Shown here: positions 28,014 through 42,063 of the stretch, one piece after another
Position numbering within the stretch: position 1 is the stretch's first letter
How the letters are laid out: each line of letters starts with the position of its first letter
Origin: Felis catus
Lineage: Eukaryota
NCBI RefSeq assembly: GCF_018350175.1
Contig: NC_058373.1
Span: 112,842,001-112,906,000 of the forward strand
Direction: 5' to 3'
DNA: 64,000 nucleotides
The notes under the pieces: generated by a model
The model's input: only the letters and a program-made list of their open reading frames with translations
What the model was told of the DNA's origin: nothing
Database searches by the model: none
Made by a program: the position numbers and the translations under genes

Positions 28014-29964
28014 CCAAAACAAACATTCTTTCCTAGTGGTCTACATAGTAATGTTTTTAATATCCCTAGGACTAACTGACACTATGTTTAGCATCAGAAA
28101 GAAATTTCTGTTAAACTGGCTTATTTAATGAACTATTCTTATTTGTGATTTATGTATATGCTTTGTGTATCTCAGTGAGTTCAGGGGGGTTGAGAAAGCT
28201 AAAGATAATGAGCAAATTCATAAGTAACTAGTTATTAGGCAACTTTGTTTAAGCTATGTTTCTTGTATTCCTCCTAATGTTTTTGTAGGGCTGGACAGCA
28301 TTCTCAATTATTCCCCAGAATACATTGGTAGTACTTTAAAAAAAAAGTACTATCACACATTCTATATTAAAACTATTTACTAGTGATAAAGAAAAGTGAT
28401 GGGGTAAGAATAGAGATGATACTTACATCATGGAATCTAAGGAAGAATTTGTAGTCCCAGCTCCCTGCCTCCATAGGCTTGATTATCTTTGGAGAGGCTT
28501 TGATAGGTACTATATGACTCCATTCCCCTACTTTCTCTGGCCTGTTGTACTTACTGTGGTTTTCCAAGGGACTAATGTATGTAAATTCTATAAATCTCTG
28601 GTTCCATATAGCTTAACATTCCTTCCCTATTTCCATCCAAGGTTAGCCATTCTTGTGACTCTCTGTGATTGTATAATTTATTTCAACATATGTTTGTTGA
28701 CTGCCTCTATACCAGGCACTAGACTGGAAACTGGGGGTAAAAGATGAATAAAGTATAGTATCTCTTCTAAAGGCTTGAGGTCTTTGATAGAAATAATGGG
28801 AAAAAATATTAATTTTCAGATAGGCCAAGAGAAATTATACTTGTCTATTAATGTGGCAAGTCTATAATTTAATCAGTCACAGTACACACTCCTCTTAAGT
28901 ACTAACTTCCCCTGATATGTGTGGCTTCATATATGTCCACTTTTTAATCCAGTGTGGTAGATAGGTAAGTGGAACAGTGGCCTCAGGCAACCCAAAGAAT
29001 GCCATACAAGATGTCTGTTTTTAAAACCTGCCCAGTATTTTACGAGTACATGTGTTTGTTCTGGATAAGGGAATTATTTCAAAATTGAAGAGGTACAGTT
29101 ATGAACTATAACTAATACAGAACAGCCAATGTAATTATGTAATCATGGCATACACTTCCAGCCTCATTCAATAAATATTCATTAAGCATCTATTACATGC
29201 TGGAATGCCCATCAGGGATTATCTTAACTAAATATCAGACTTATATAAGATGCGAATACACTGTATCATGAACCAGTTTATTTAAAAGGATTTTGAACAG
29301 GAAACTCTGTGCAGCAAGGCTGCACCAGACTTTCATCTTTGGTGAAACTAGTCCTCTTAATCATCTACACAGCCATCCAAGAGCTATTCTCTTTTTTCAA
29401 GTGACATTCAGGTACAATGGAACAAGAATTATACTAAAAGAGTATGGGAGCCACCAACATAGAAGCATATCCTGCATGGGAATCAGTATTTCTTATAACA
29501 GTCTTAGGCAGCTACCAGGGTCCCTACAAGGGAAATGTCCAGATACAAGTGTCAACACATTCACAAAAGCCCAAAGATGTTACCTTCCACTAGGGATTTA
29601 TAATTCATTTATAGTTCCTTCTAGTCCATATGCATGTTACCAATCAGAGACCATTTTTGCCATAAGAATTGCTGCCTGGTAACAAGCTGACATTTCATCT
29701 GTATCAAATTTCCAGGAGAACAGAGGTAGAAAGTTAACCCAAGGTCAAATTTGTCCTTAGAGATGGAAAAAGGTTTTGTTAATTCTTTACCCTCGCATAA
29801 GAGGATGCATTATCTGTGGCAAATTAGAAAATAATAATAAAACTAACTACAAGTCGTTCTGCTTTTTATTATCACCATACACTGGCAATTCTAAACAATG
29901 TCAGTGGTAAAATATTCTTCTCCACTGGGGAAAACCATTTCCACCACCCCTCCCTATTTAGTAT

Positions 29965-31370
29965 ACTATACCATACTGATGCTAGGCGCTGTTCTGACTG
30001 CTCAGGATATAGCAGCAAACAAGAAAGACAAATCCCTGTTCTTACAAAATTTATATTCTAATGGAGGTGGGATAGAGGTGGATAGTCAATGAACAAGTAG
30101 TCGTCAATGGTTTTATAAAGAAAAATAAAGAATGGTAGATAAAGACTGGTAGTAGAAGAGGTACATGCCAGCTATTATCTGTTGAAACCTACCTTACATC
30201 AGCCCTTTCATGCTCTCCCCTATACAATAAGGCTAGAAGCCTGAAAACCCAATTTCCCGGGCTCTTTATTGGTTTTGCATTTGGGATGTATTGACACAAT
30301 ATTAGAAGTTGGAAGGAAGTTAGCAGAAGTATAATCTCCTCAACCTTCAGTAACATCACTTTCCCCCAGTAGCCCTAGAGACAATGGTGACTTCCTGCAG
30401 TTACTAATCTTTGGAAACACACTTTTTTCCTTTTGTTTCTCCAACCCTCCCAACACGTTTGTACCCAATTCTTAGTATTAAGTCCTTTCTTCTCCCACTC
30501 CCCTGCATTTGAAATACCTAGAGGATTTGGTTTTCCTTTCCAGACCTGACTGATAGAGTCTTCTATTTTATATAGGGTAATCAGGTCTCACTGATGAGGC
30601 AAAATTAGAGTGGAAATCTGAAGGTATTAAGGTGTGTGCCATAAGGGGAATTGAATTCCAAGCAGAGGGAACAACAGACAGAAAAGTTCTGAGGTAGGGT
30701 GTATGCTCATCATGTTTGAGGAACAGCAAGGAGGTCAATGTGGCTGAAGTACAGAGGAAAAGGAGCAAAGTAAAAGGAGATGAGGTTGGAAAGATAACAG
30801 AAATAAGACCATTTCATTCTAAATAGTCAGTTTTGAGGAAGGAAAAGATAACATGAAACCTAACATTTCCTAAATTTTTAAATGTTTACTCTGATATCAA
30901 CATCACATGGCATATAGAAAAGGGAGACTAGTTAGAAAGATATGTAATATCCAGGAAATGGGGAAATATTTGGTAGGAAATAATCAGATCCAGCAAATAC
31001 TTTGAAGATTAAGCCAACAGGTTTTGCTATTAATTCAAAGTAGAACTATATAAGAGAAAGTGAGGAGTCAAGATAAACTCCAAAGTTTTGACCTGAGCGT
31101 TTCTAGAGATAGTTATCACTTACCCATGTGAGAAAGATTGGGCAGCAGAAATCAGGGCTTTTGTTTTGGACAAGTTAAGTTTGAGATACTTCTTAGAAAT
31201 CCTGGTAGAAATATTGAGTAGGCAGTTGAACATACTGTCTGGAGCTTAGGGGAAAGATTAAAGCTAAAGATAACATATTTGGAAATTATCAGCATATACA
31301 CAGTATTTAAAATCATGAGACTAGATAATAAAGTCACATAGGAAATGAATATAAATAGGAGATAGGAGAT
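29965..31370 (-). mobile_element. L2 relic interrupted by an LTR
   Basis: Motifs caagcagagggaacaac, tttgaggaacagcaaggaggtcaatgtggctg, ttttggacaagttaagtttgagat. Confidence 0.75.
30180..30556 (+). mobile_element. LTR33/LTR16-like (ERVL) solo LTR
   Basis: ggctagaagcctgaaaac…atttccc near the start; aatacctagag…ttttcct…cctgactgata at the end. Confidence 0.6.
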
Positions 31371-31754
31371 ACAAATTTTACACTTAGGAGACAGCTATAT
31401 CTTCCTTCTCTTTCCTCAACCTTTATGCTGCCCAGTTTTGTTTTTCTTTTGTTTTGTTTTTATACTTTCCAATTTTATTTCTAATTTTGACTCTTTATGC
31501 TATCATCTCTTTGTTCCTCAAATACATTCTGATCCCCTTAAAACTATAGATGGTGACCTAAAGGCCTTTACACTGGACATCAGTCAGCCCACTGCCAATT
31601 AGTTCAGGAAGTCAAGACTGAATCTGTGTTAACTAGTTACTCAAGTAGAAGCAATAATTATTTCTTTAGTAGGTGCTAGCTCTTCTAGTTCGAAGGGTAC
31701 TCTTTCAGTCATTTTCAGTCATATTCCATAACTTACATTTATTCATTTAATATC

Positions 31755-31757
<3 letters not shown>

Positions 31758-31811
<54 letters not shown>

Positions 31812-31858
31812 TATCACATACACACAAACACACGCACGTGCGCACGTGCATACACACA
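31758..31858. repeat. (CT)n followed by imperfect (CA)n
   Basis: Direct reading. Confidence 0.9.
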
Positions 31859-32749
31859 GAATTAAATCTATTCATCTCGACTACGTGTTTGCTTATTCTA
31901 TTCCATCTTTTATCATTTTCTTGACCACCATCAAAAACAGATGCCTGTACAAACAAGCTCTCTAAAATGTAAAGTCTCTGTAAAATCTCCGTATACTACT
32001 CTTTGGGGCCCTCCACAAGCAGCTGCTGTTAGAAAACTATATTTAACTTCACTAATAAGAGAAGGAACAAGAAGCTGAGTATCTCCTGTGACCAGTACCA
32101 CTATGTGCTTTATGATTAAAGCAACATCATGAGGGTAGTATAATTATCCTTCATTTTAAGCAAGAGAAAATTAAAGCTCAAAAACAAAGCAATTTTCCCA
32201 ACATAATCTATTTTGTGTAAGGATAGAGGTTGATTTTACAACTAAGTCTTCTGGTTGTAATGACTTTTTTTCTTCCCTATGCCACAATGCTTCCCACGGG
32301 AATCTCCTTAAATTTCATATCTCCAGCTTTTAATGGCAGCCCTGAAACCTATCAGGTTAAGTAGTTTTTACTGTCATTAGTGTCTTCTAGCTATACTGTA
32401 CTTACTCTCCAGATTAAAGACTATGACTTAACCACTTTAAAGTTGCTCTCACTATCTTCAGATAGCCTCACTCCTTTAATCTGTTCCTTTGCTTTCTACG
32501 CTGATACCTAAACTGGTTGACTCTATCCTCTACTGTCTCCATTTTTGCTCCCAAGCAGAGAAACATTACTGAAAAAATTAATAGAACTGTGATTACCCAG
32601 CCTACAACAAATTTCTGCCACTTAATGTCAACCTGGTACTTAAAGTTGCTTGGTAATCCTGATGTCACGGTCTTGTTGATTTCCTAGCACATTCCCCTGT
32701 GGATAGTTCATTCATACATTCTGTACCCTCTTTATACCTCAGTAATAGT

Positions 32750-33760
32750 CCTTCTTTCTCACTCTTGGCATCTTTAATGGAAAAATGAAACTAAGAAATA
32801 TGTGTCAAACTGAACTAGATGAGGGCTCCCTCATCTTTTCTTTAACTAAAAATTTTCCCCATTCCTTTAGCTATCTTTCTTTCCTCCAATCTAAAAGGAA
32901 ATGGTATTTCTTTCTAAGAACAATTCCTCTACTTCTACCTTTAAATTCATTCTTTCTCACCTTCCTCATAACTTTCTAAATTATTTTTTTCTATGTCTTT
33001 GATTACTTTCTCTTTAATGGCTCATCTTCCTTCTATATCCAAATATACAGTGATTACCACTCTCATAAGAAAACCTATACTTAAACACCCTATTGCCTCC
33101 TTGAGCTACTGCATTGTTCCCCTCCTACTGACTACTAGGTTTGTGCAAAGAGAGATCTGCACTCATTGCATTTTCTTCTTCACTATCCACTTAAAAACAA
33201 AAACAAAACAAAACAAAACAAAAAAATCCCAAATCTATTTAGTGCCCCATTAGCACAGAAACTGATTTCCTGAAGACAGTAATAACTCCTAATCTCCAAA
33301 TCCTGCTCTGATATTTATCCTCCCTAACCTATCTATACTATTTAGTAACAGTGACATTCTTCACTTACCACTTTGAAACTGTCTCTTATATTCTGTGATT
33401 CCATCCTGTTTGATGCCCCGACTACTACTTCTGTTGTTCCTTATCTTTCTCCCATTCACTGAATGGAGTATTCTTTCCCAAAATTCTGTTCCACTGCTGT
33501 GTCTTCCCACTCTCTAAATTCTCCCTTAGAGTTTTTCTCTCATTTGAATACATGCAGGTAATTTCCCATATCTATAGCCTCAATCCTGACCTCTTTTTGT
33601 AAATTCAAGCCTTCATTTTTAACTTTCTTTGGATATTTCTACCTGATGTTCCACTATTACCTAATCTCACTCACCATCTTTCCCTTTCTACCACCATAAA
33701 GAGTGGAATACTTCCTTCCAGGTTTGCCTTTTTCTTTGTTGAAGGCATCACTATTTCCTG
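32750..33760 (+). mobile_element. Degenerate L2 relic
   Basis: Pyrimidine-rich L2-like motifs such as atctatagcctcaatcctgacctct and ttggatatttctacctgatgttcc. Confidence 0.5.
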
Positions 33761-33794
33761 GAACCCTTTTTGCCAAGGCCATCAGTGACACTTA

Positions 33795-34412
33795 ATTTTT
33801 TTTTTCATCTTTAATTGTGGTAAAATACACCTAACATAAAATTTACAATCTTAATCATTTTTAAGTGTATATTTCAGTAGTGTTAAATACATTCATATTG
33901 TTGTTCAACCAGTCTCCAGAACTATCTGAAATTCTGTACTCATTAAACAACAGTTCCTCATTTCCCTCTCCCTCCAGACTCTGGCAACTACCATTCTACT
34001 TTATGTCTCTATGAATTTCATTACTCTAAGTACCTCCTGTAAGTGGAATCACACAGAATTTGCCTTTTTGTGTCTGGCTTAATTCACTTAGCAAAATGTC
34101 TTCAAGGTTCGTCCATGTTATAGCATGTGTCAGAATTTCCTTCCTTTTTACAATTGAATATTTCATTATATATATATATATATATGTGTATGTATGTGTG
34201 TATATATTTATATAAAAATTATATATATAACATATATAAATTTATATAAAAATTCTATGTCTATAAATACACACACACCCCACATTTTGTTTATCTAGGC
34301 AGCCATCATGGGCACTTGGGTTGCTTCCACCTTTTGGCTATTGTGAATGATGCTGCTATGAATAGGGGTGTGCAAATATTTCTTCGAGACCCTACTTTCA
34401 ATTTTTTGGGTG
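33795..34412 (-). mobile_element. L1MA/MB-like 3' fragment
   Basis: ttgtggtaaaatacac…ctctggcaactaccattctact…gctattgtgaatgatgctgctatgaa. Confidence 0.85.
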
Positions 34413-34944
34413 TACGCTATCTTTTTAACATAAGGAGATTAGGTTTGGTGACAGCTTACTTATAGGAAAACTAGAAAATACAAATAAGCATTGATTCACT
34501 ACTTACTATATATGAGCTCCTACTATGTGCCAAGTACTATTTTAGTTGCCAGAATACAGTAGTTAACAAAAAAACACAGTGGTCCCCATCCTCATGAAGA
34601 TTGCATTCTAGTGTAGTGCAAAAAGGGAAAGAAACCACTGATAACATTTTGATATATAGTCATTCAATTTCTGTGCTTATATAAATATATATTTATTTGT
34701 AAAAATGAGACAGTGCCATAAATACTATTTTATTTTCTGGGTTTTATTTTTTCAGTTAAATAGCATATCACAAATCTTTCAATGGCAGTGATATGTGTCC
34801 ATAATGCATCAATGTCTATAAAGAGTTCTGTTATATGTATCATAATTAATCAGTTCCCTATTGTTAGATATATAATTTGTTGACCATTTTTTACCATTGA
34901 AATAAACAATGCTGTGATGAACATATTTATTTGCATCTACCAAA

Positions 34945-35640
34945 AAAAAGAGATACACTCAAAAATAATAGAGGTGAATCAAAATGGAATTGTTAAAAAT
35001 ATTTAATCCAGAGGAAGACAAAAAAAAAGAAAAAAGAAAAGAAAAGAAAATGGAGGGGGGAATGAAGGAAAAAAGAAACAAAAAAAAGCAACAAACAGAA
35101 AACAATATAAAATGGCAGATGTAAGCTCTAACATATCAATAATTACATTAAATATAAGTGGTCTACTTTATTTGTAATCCCCAAAACTGGAAACAGGAAT
35201 AAAAAGCCATGAACTATTGCCACATGCATCAACTTGGATGGACCTCAGTGGTATTATGCTGAGTGGTAGGAAAAAATCAATCTTAAAAGGTTACGTATTA
35301 TAGGATTCCATTTATATAACATTCTTAAAATGATAAAATTATAAAGACGGAAAATGTATTAGGGATGTATTAGGGATGGACAGGAGGGAGAATATGACTC
35401 TTAAAGGGTTAGCATGAGGAATATCTTCGAGGTGAAGAAATGGTTCTGCATCTTGATTTGAGGTAGCAGGGCATGCAAATCTACATATGTGGCAAAGTGA
35501 CAAAGAAGTATACATATTCCTTATACCAATGTCAGTTCCCTGGTTTTAATATTATTCTATAGTTATATAAAATGTTACTATTGGGGAAACTGGGGACCTC
35601 TCTGTACTATTTTTATAACTTTCTGCAAATATATAATTAC
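34945..35640 (+). mobile_element. Old L1 (L1MC/MD-like) 3' fragments
   Basis: acatatcaataattacattaaat…aacttggatggacctc…attatgctgagtg…gattccatttatataacattct…ctctctgtactatttt. Confidence 0.7.
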
Positions 35641-36811
35641 AGCTCTTTATGAGCTGGAGTTAAAAACAATTTAAACTAAAATAGTTTGTGTTCTGTGTTA
35701 GCATGTGGCATAGTTTATCTGTTTTGGAAGTCCTGATTTCAATTTCATTTCTCAGTTTCCCCCATTCCTGGTCACTTTCAGCCTAAATTAGACCATTATC
35801 TTCTGGAGATGTGATCAGTCCAGTTTGTATCACTTTTTGATGGGCCATTATTGTGTATTAGGTTTTCTGAAGTAGTCATTTTGATTTATGTGAGCATCAT
35901 GTCTTCATGTTCTATTTATTGCATGACAATTTGTTAAACCGTACAGCTTAGCAGATGCAGTAGCATTTAAAGCTCCAGAGATTACACATCTGGCCACTGC
36001 CACGTAGATTAACATTAAGGCAAATATAAAAGTTTGCCAGGTACTTCAAAGCCACAATTCTAGATTTCTAAATTTCAATGTAAAAATATGTCAAATACTT
36101 TAGCATCCTTCCTTTTATCAGGAGAAAGGAGCAAATCTTTGTATTACCTAGTAGCCATCCAGGAAAGTAAAACCTTGTTTTAAAGGTGTAAAAGACATCT
36201 GAACAGTTTTATCCTGAATATGGGAAAGGCAAAACCAAGAAGAGTTGTCAGAGGAGAAAAGATATTAATAAAAGTCAAAATAAAAACAAGAAATATTTGC
36301 AAACAATATTTTTAAAATCACCAATAAGTGACTGTGATTATTAGAAGCTTTTGTTTGAAGTGATTTAAGAGTATGCCACAACTCAAAGACTTAACAAAAT
36401 ATTTTGGTTATAAAAAGGGACCTTTGTTATCTGGGCACAAGATAACTTGGCCATCTTTAACAGAAAGAAAACCCAAATTATAATAATGATTTGCAATAAA
36501 AAATTCACAGGCTTTTTTTCCTTATGAAGAAACCCATGTCATATGACCAACTTTGTCAATATTTTTCATACATATTATCCTTTCTGTGAATTCATTATTT
36601 ATAATTATTACTCCCAAGCTATAAAAGTAATTTTCCTTTAGACCTTCTATACTTACTGTGTAATACTCCCAAATATTTTTCACTGTCATCCCTTACATTT
36701 TGGCACAATCAGATCATTTTTGCCTGAAGAAAAATATTCTGTTTTTTAACCTAAAAACTAAGCATATTCACTACCTTGCACAAGCATTCCTCTGCCTTTG
36801 TATATCCTTTT

Positions 36812-36873
36812 TAACCTGTTAACGATGGTTACTCTAACCTGTTAATGATGGTTACTCTAACCTGTTAATGATG
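36812..36873. repeat. 23-bp tandem repeat, about 2.7 copies
   Basis: Unit taacctgttaa(c/t)gatggttactc at 36812, 36835 and 36858 (partial). Confidence 0.92.
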
Positions 36874-36934
36874 TATGTAATAAGAGCATGAGTATGTTAA
36901 AGATTACATTGCCTGCAATGTAATATCCAAAATA

Positions 36935-37369
36935 CCCAAATTATGGAAAGAGCCTAAATGTCCATCAACTGATGAATGGATAAAGAAATTGTGGTTTGTA
37001 TACCCAATGGAATACTACTTGGCAATGAGAAAGAATGAAATATGGCCTTTTGTAGCAATGTGGATGGAACTGGAGAGTGTGATGCTAAGTGAAATAAGTT
37101 ATACAAGAGAAAGACCGATACTATATGTTTTCACTCTTATGTGGATCTTGAGAAACTTAACAGAAGACCATGGGGGAGGGGAAGGAAAAAAAAGCTAGGG
37201 AGGGAGGCAAACCATAAGAGACTTTTAAAAACTGAGAATAAACTGAGGGTTGATGGGGTGTGGGAGGGAGGAGGAAGTAGGTTATGGGCATTGAGGAGGG
37301 CACCTGTTGGGATGAGCACTGGGTAATGTATAGAAACCAATTTGACAATAAATTTCATATTTAAAAAAA
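36935..37369 (+). mobile_element. Felid L1 3' fragment
   Basis: MEYYLAMRKNEIWPFVAMWMELESVMLSEIS-type sequence; ends caatttgacaataaatttcata plus A run. Confidence 0.92.
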
Positions 37370-37446
37370 TGATTTATCAATTGCTCAAATTAATACTTGT
37401 TAAGATCCTAAAGTTAACAAGGATCTGGCAATTAAAATTTAATTCA

Positions 37447-37663
37447 GGGACACCTGGGTGGCTCAGTCTGTTGAGCGTCCAGCTTTGGCTCAGGTCATGA
37501 CCTCATGGTTTGTGGGTTCAAGCCCCATGTCGGGCTTTGTGCTAATGGCACAGAGCCTGCTTTGGATTCTCTGTCTCCTTCTCTCTCTCTGCCTCTCCCC
37601 TGCTCATATGCACTCCCTCTCTCTCTCAAAAATAAATAAATATTTTTTTAATTTTTTAATAAA
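37447..37663 (+). mobile_element. CAN-SINE
   Basis: SINE body. TSD taaaatttaatt. Confidence 0.92.
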
Positions 37664-37723
37664 ATAAAATTTAATTTCATATAAGATCTTATGATTTAAT
37701 AGAAGCCTTACAAGAATTCATCC

Positions 37724-38220
37724 TGTAGAATGAAAAATATATTTTTCCTGAACCCTTCTAATTTCTCAAATTCTCAATTTTGTTACCCCTGAAACAAAAG
37801 ACAGATTAACAAGAGAAAAGGCATATACATTTTTTTAAGTTTTTTGTGACAGAAGAGACTAAATAAGAAAATGAACACCTGAAGAAACAGTCAAACCTGA
37901 GCATTTTTATATTAGGCTTGATGAGGAGTGGAAAGTCATGGAAAAATATGATAGGACAAAGGGTTTGAGAAAAGTGTAGTAAACTGAGGGAAACTTAGCA
38001 AGGCTTCTTGTTCATTTGGATTCCTCTGTGTCCCTTCATCTTCAGAGATAAGGATGCTCCTTTCCTCCAGGCATAGGGAGGGTACCTCTCACATGAAGGT
38101 TTTATGACCTGTGTAATGGGGAAGTCCTTCTTGCACATGCCATTTCTCAAATTCCTTCAGCTTGAAATATCCACTGTACCAGTTGCCATATTTTGGGGTA
38201 GCATGCCTTGAACCTCATCA
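37724..38220 (-). mobile_element. MER34/MER39-like ERV1 solo LTR
   Basis: On the minus strand begins tgatgaggttcaaggcatgctaccccaaaatatgg and ends …ctaca (TG…CA). Contains aaagacagattaacaagagaaaa. Confidence 0.7.
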
Positions 38221-41200
38221 GCCTCTTTTCACAGAGACATGCCATATCATCATTCTCAGATTTAGATGAACACAGTGTTGCTATTTTGTAGCAAAACTAG
38301 GAAAGGAAATTTAGAAAACTAAATTAAACTAGAATATATTTCTAGTATCATTTCTTACATGCTGGTAAAGTCAGGAAGAAAACACAGGACAATTTTTGAA
38401 GCAAGATTATCAACTCTGCCTAATTCGTGCAAAGAGTCATCACGGTAGAAATAGAATGTGGACTTTTTTCAAATACAATTTGTAAACCTCAGAATTTAAA
38501 AACCAAATTCTTAAAATACTCCTTAAGTTATGTTTGAAAGCTCTAAATGCCCTTTTTTTCTTTCTGAGGCAATTAGGTTTTTTTGTTTGTTTGTTTTCCC
38601 CAGAGTTTAATCAGAAGCTATTTAAAATACGAACATCTCCATTAGAGTTTATAATCTGACTTTTTCTCTCAATGTGTTACATCTGTTTACCTGGACAATC
38701 TGAGTATTTCTAAGGTGTGTCCATAATTGCTAGAATTGGTTTTTGATCAATTAATAAAGTATTCTAGAAAAAGGAAAAAGAAAAGTAGGGATGTATAAGG
38801 GAGCTGTTTGCAATGGATGGAGTTAGTGACCACTAGAGAAGCCTGATTATCTTCCCTTTGCAAAGAAGGGAGAAGTCTTATGCAGACAAGCCCATTTCAA
38901 AACATAGAAAAGGGAAAGTGAGTCATTATAATCAATCTCAGGCCCTTTGACAATTCAATCAAGACCATAAGATTAAATCTCCGAAGAACAGAAACAAAGA
39001 AGGATGTCTCTTGAAATAAACTAAGTGATTTCTCTTTTAGAAAGGAGACAGAGAACCTCCTCATGAGGGTTTAACAAAAGAATTTTAAATTTTGTACATT
39101 TTTATTTAAACTTCCTTTTGAAACTTTGCATAACAATAAAAATGCTAATCATTGAATATTCAGAATTGTATTTCCCTTCTGTTCTCAACATGCTTTCAAG
39201 TGGATAAATGTGGTCATGTCATATGTACTTCAAAGTGACCACTGGAATTCCAAATTGTTCTTCATGAATTTATGCTTTTTTGAAAGATAAATGCAAGAAA
39301 AATAAAACAAGCCAGAGTTATGCCAGGAAGTACAAGAATTTTATTATTAGATGAACCCATGAATTGGAAAAATATTGCTTATATATTATACCTGAAGTCC
39401 TTAGCACTAAGGTTGAATCCCTAACAGCTGACCCTAAAAATCAGCAGGAATAGAGAAGAGATCTCTCCCAAAGCCAATTTCTCAAACATAAACAAAGAAA
39501 AGCTCTTACAGACACACAAGAATTTAGCCAAACAAGCTACATCTTGTTGACAAGCAAGATGATTAGTATCAAATCAATGCTTTAACACATCTTCACAAGA
39601 AAAACAAAAATTTGTACAAATTTGATCAAATAACCAAAAAGTCCTGGGAACCTTATTCTCACAACAAACAAAATAAATATCAGCTAGCTTTGGGAGCTCA
39701 ACAAAAAAGGATCAGACCTTAAGGAAGTGCTGGACTTACCATCATAAGCAAAGAATCTCTGGAGCAAAGAGACTCAAGAGACCTCAGTGAAGTTCAATGT
39801 AACCAATAAAAGAATACTCGTAGGAAAGGGTCTTGTCTAAGTCTTGGTGGGACCTCTAGGACTATCAAAGTCTTGATACAACAACCACCAGGGAAATTTG
39901 TTGATCATACAAAGCTGTATAAAAATTTCTGAGCAAGAGAGAGCATCACCATGGAAGAATCCCAGTAGTGCCAGAAATGGAGGATATTACAGAAGGATAT
40001 ATACAGGACTTTGAGAACTGAGGTTGGTCATGAGAACTGGGGGTGGTTTTAAGGTCGAAATTAGCAAGTAAGGTCTAGGCAGAGACTGGTCAGATTTTAT
40101 AAAATAGGTGAGTTGCTGAAATGGTCTCATCTTTGGAGCACATGAGTCCATCTGGAGTTATCATGGTCTCAATTTGTCCATGGTCTTGGAGTATATAAGT
40201 TTAAACAAGTTTATGTTAAAACAATTTGACTTAAGATAGTTGTTTGAGTTACTTGTCATGGTTTGGTACAGTTTCTCTGTTATACAAATAATAGTACAGT
40301 TTTGCAAGTTGATGTTTCTGTTTCTCAGAAGGAAAGAGTTTGTATGTATGATAGCCAATTATAATGATTTGTAGACATTTAGACATTGAATATCTGAAAT
40401 GAAGGGGTGGGACGCCTGGGTAAGAGAATGACTAAAACCATAGGGTCAAGGAAGATATGTTATTAGGATATTCTTAAGAACTGTGATCTTTGGGAAGATA
40501 GTGAACTACAAAGGGAAATAAAAAGAATCAAAGTTTAAATGTTTGAAAGACAGTAGCACCACTAGTAACAGAAACAGGAAATTGAAATTTAATATATGGT
40601 AGACAGGAAAGTAACAAGGTAGGGAGATAATGGGTTATGTGTTGTTTTACTTTGGTTTTTTTTTTCTTTTGTATTTTAACTGTGGCAGGTTTCAGGCATC
40701 ATTTCAAAGATGACCAGAAGTACAAGATAACCAAAAAATAAGATTAAGTTTTAAAAGGAAATATTGTGAATTTGTTCTAGTATATTCAGCCTTAATCTCC
40801 CATTCAGTTCTGTTTTTCTTTGAAAATACATGAAATGTACTGTAAATCCCACACCCTCATTTAACTAAGTATTATTTTATCATGTCAGCTTTACAGATAA
40901 ATGACTAGTTCTCCAATGATCTCTAATTGTTCTGTTATTTCTAGAACTGTTTACAGCAAAATAACACCCTAAAAACAGGGCTCTTGTTTAGTTGGTCAGT
41001 ACCCTTTTGTGGAAAAAAAAAATTATATAACCACACAGTTTCTTTCTGAAGCAACTTGTCTGATTAATGGAGTTAAAGAACTATAAGCCTTGGCCTTTGT
41101 AAAATTATAATGACTTCAATAACTGTGTGTTAATTAAGATCAGAAAATTAATCTATATTAGCACTGCAATAGCAATTTTCTAAGCTCTGCCAGACTAAGG

Positions 41201-41860
41201 ATGAAAGTGGGTTGCAATGTCACATGGCATCTGATTAAGTTAAATTAATGCAGTATTTGAAGGGAAGACTCCCAGGTGACACTGAATAAGATGATCAGTT
41301 TTTCTCTAGCTATTTTAAGGGAACAGTTGGTTGCAAAGCTACTACTTTTCAACATAAAGCCAAATGTCCTGCCACATGGTATCACTAATGAGTCAGAAGG
41401 AAGATTGAAGGGGCTTGGGGTTATTGTTTGGGAGAACTGAGATATGAAGCTCTAGGTATTGGCCATATTAACAGCCTAAGTATCTAAAATGTGCAGGCTT
41501 GCCTTCAACTTCCTAAGGTAATAGTCCAGATTTTTTCACCTCCAAGATGTACTTTTTATTCATTTTGTATTTCTGGATTCAAAGTACATCTTAAAACTGA
41601 TGTGTAAATTAAAGTTGTACGTTGGTGTGTCTGCATGTGTTAAGGACCCCTCCTCTTAAGTATGTTATAATCTGATCTAAATCTGTATTTACATTATAAG
41701 CTAATTCCATCTACACTAGCATCTAGGAGTAAAATATGAAAATAGTTGGGGTAAAATACGTGCTCTTTAAATGTCATTTTTCATGAAGGAAGATAATCAT
41801 ATTTATTATATATTTACCCACATTAACTGAGTGTTCATTACTTCAATAAATCCTAACTAC

Positions 41861-42063
41861 TTTTTTTTTAACGTTTATTTATTTTTGAGGCAAAGAGAGA
41901 CAGAGCATGAACGGGGGAGGATCAGAGAGAGGGAGACACAGAATCCGAAGCAGGCTCCTGGCTCTCAGCTCAGAGCCTGACGTGGGTCTCGAACTCACGG
42001 ACCGCAAGATCATGACCTGAGCTGAAGTCGGATATTTAACCGACTGAGCCACACAGGCACCCC
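41861..42063 (-). mobile_element. Felid CAN-SINE
   Basis: Antisense SINE. TSD tcctaactactttt. Confidence 0.93.

Noticed and set aside
29293..29682. 129-aa ORF, and similar ORFs at 42340, 43719 and 57722
   Set aside because: No recognisable domain, mostly non-ATG starts, no supporting splice structure; expected by chance.
36812..36873. Repeat array resembling CRISPR
   Set aside because: Contiguous tandem units with no spacers, in eukaryotic DNA.
39760..40350. Possible ancient LTR relic
   Set aside because: I could not assign a family or find termini by eye; it needs a Dfam search.
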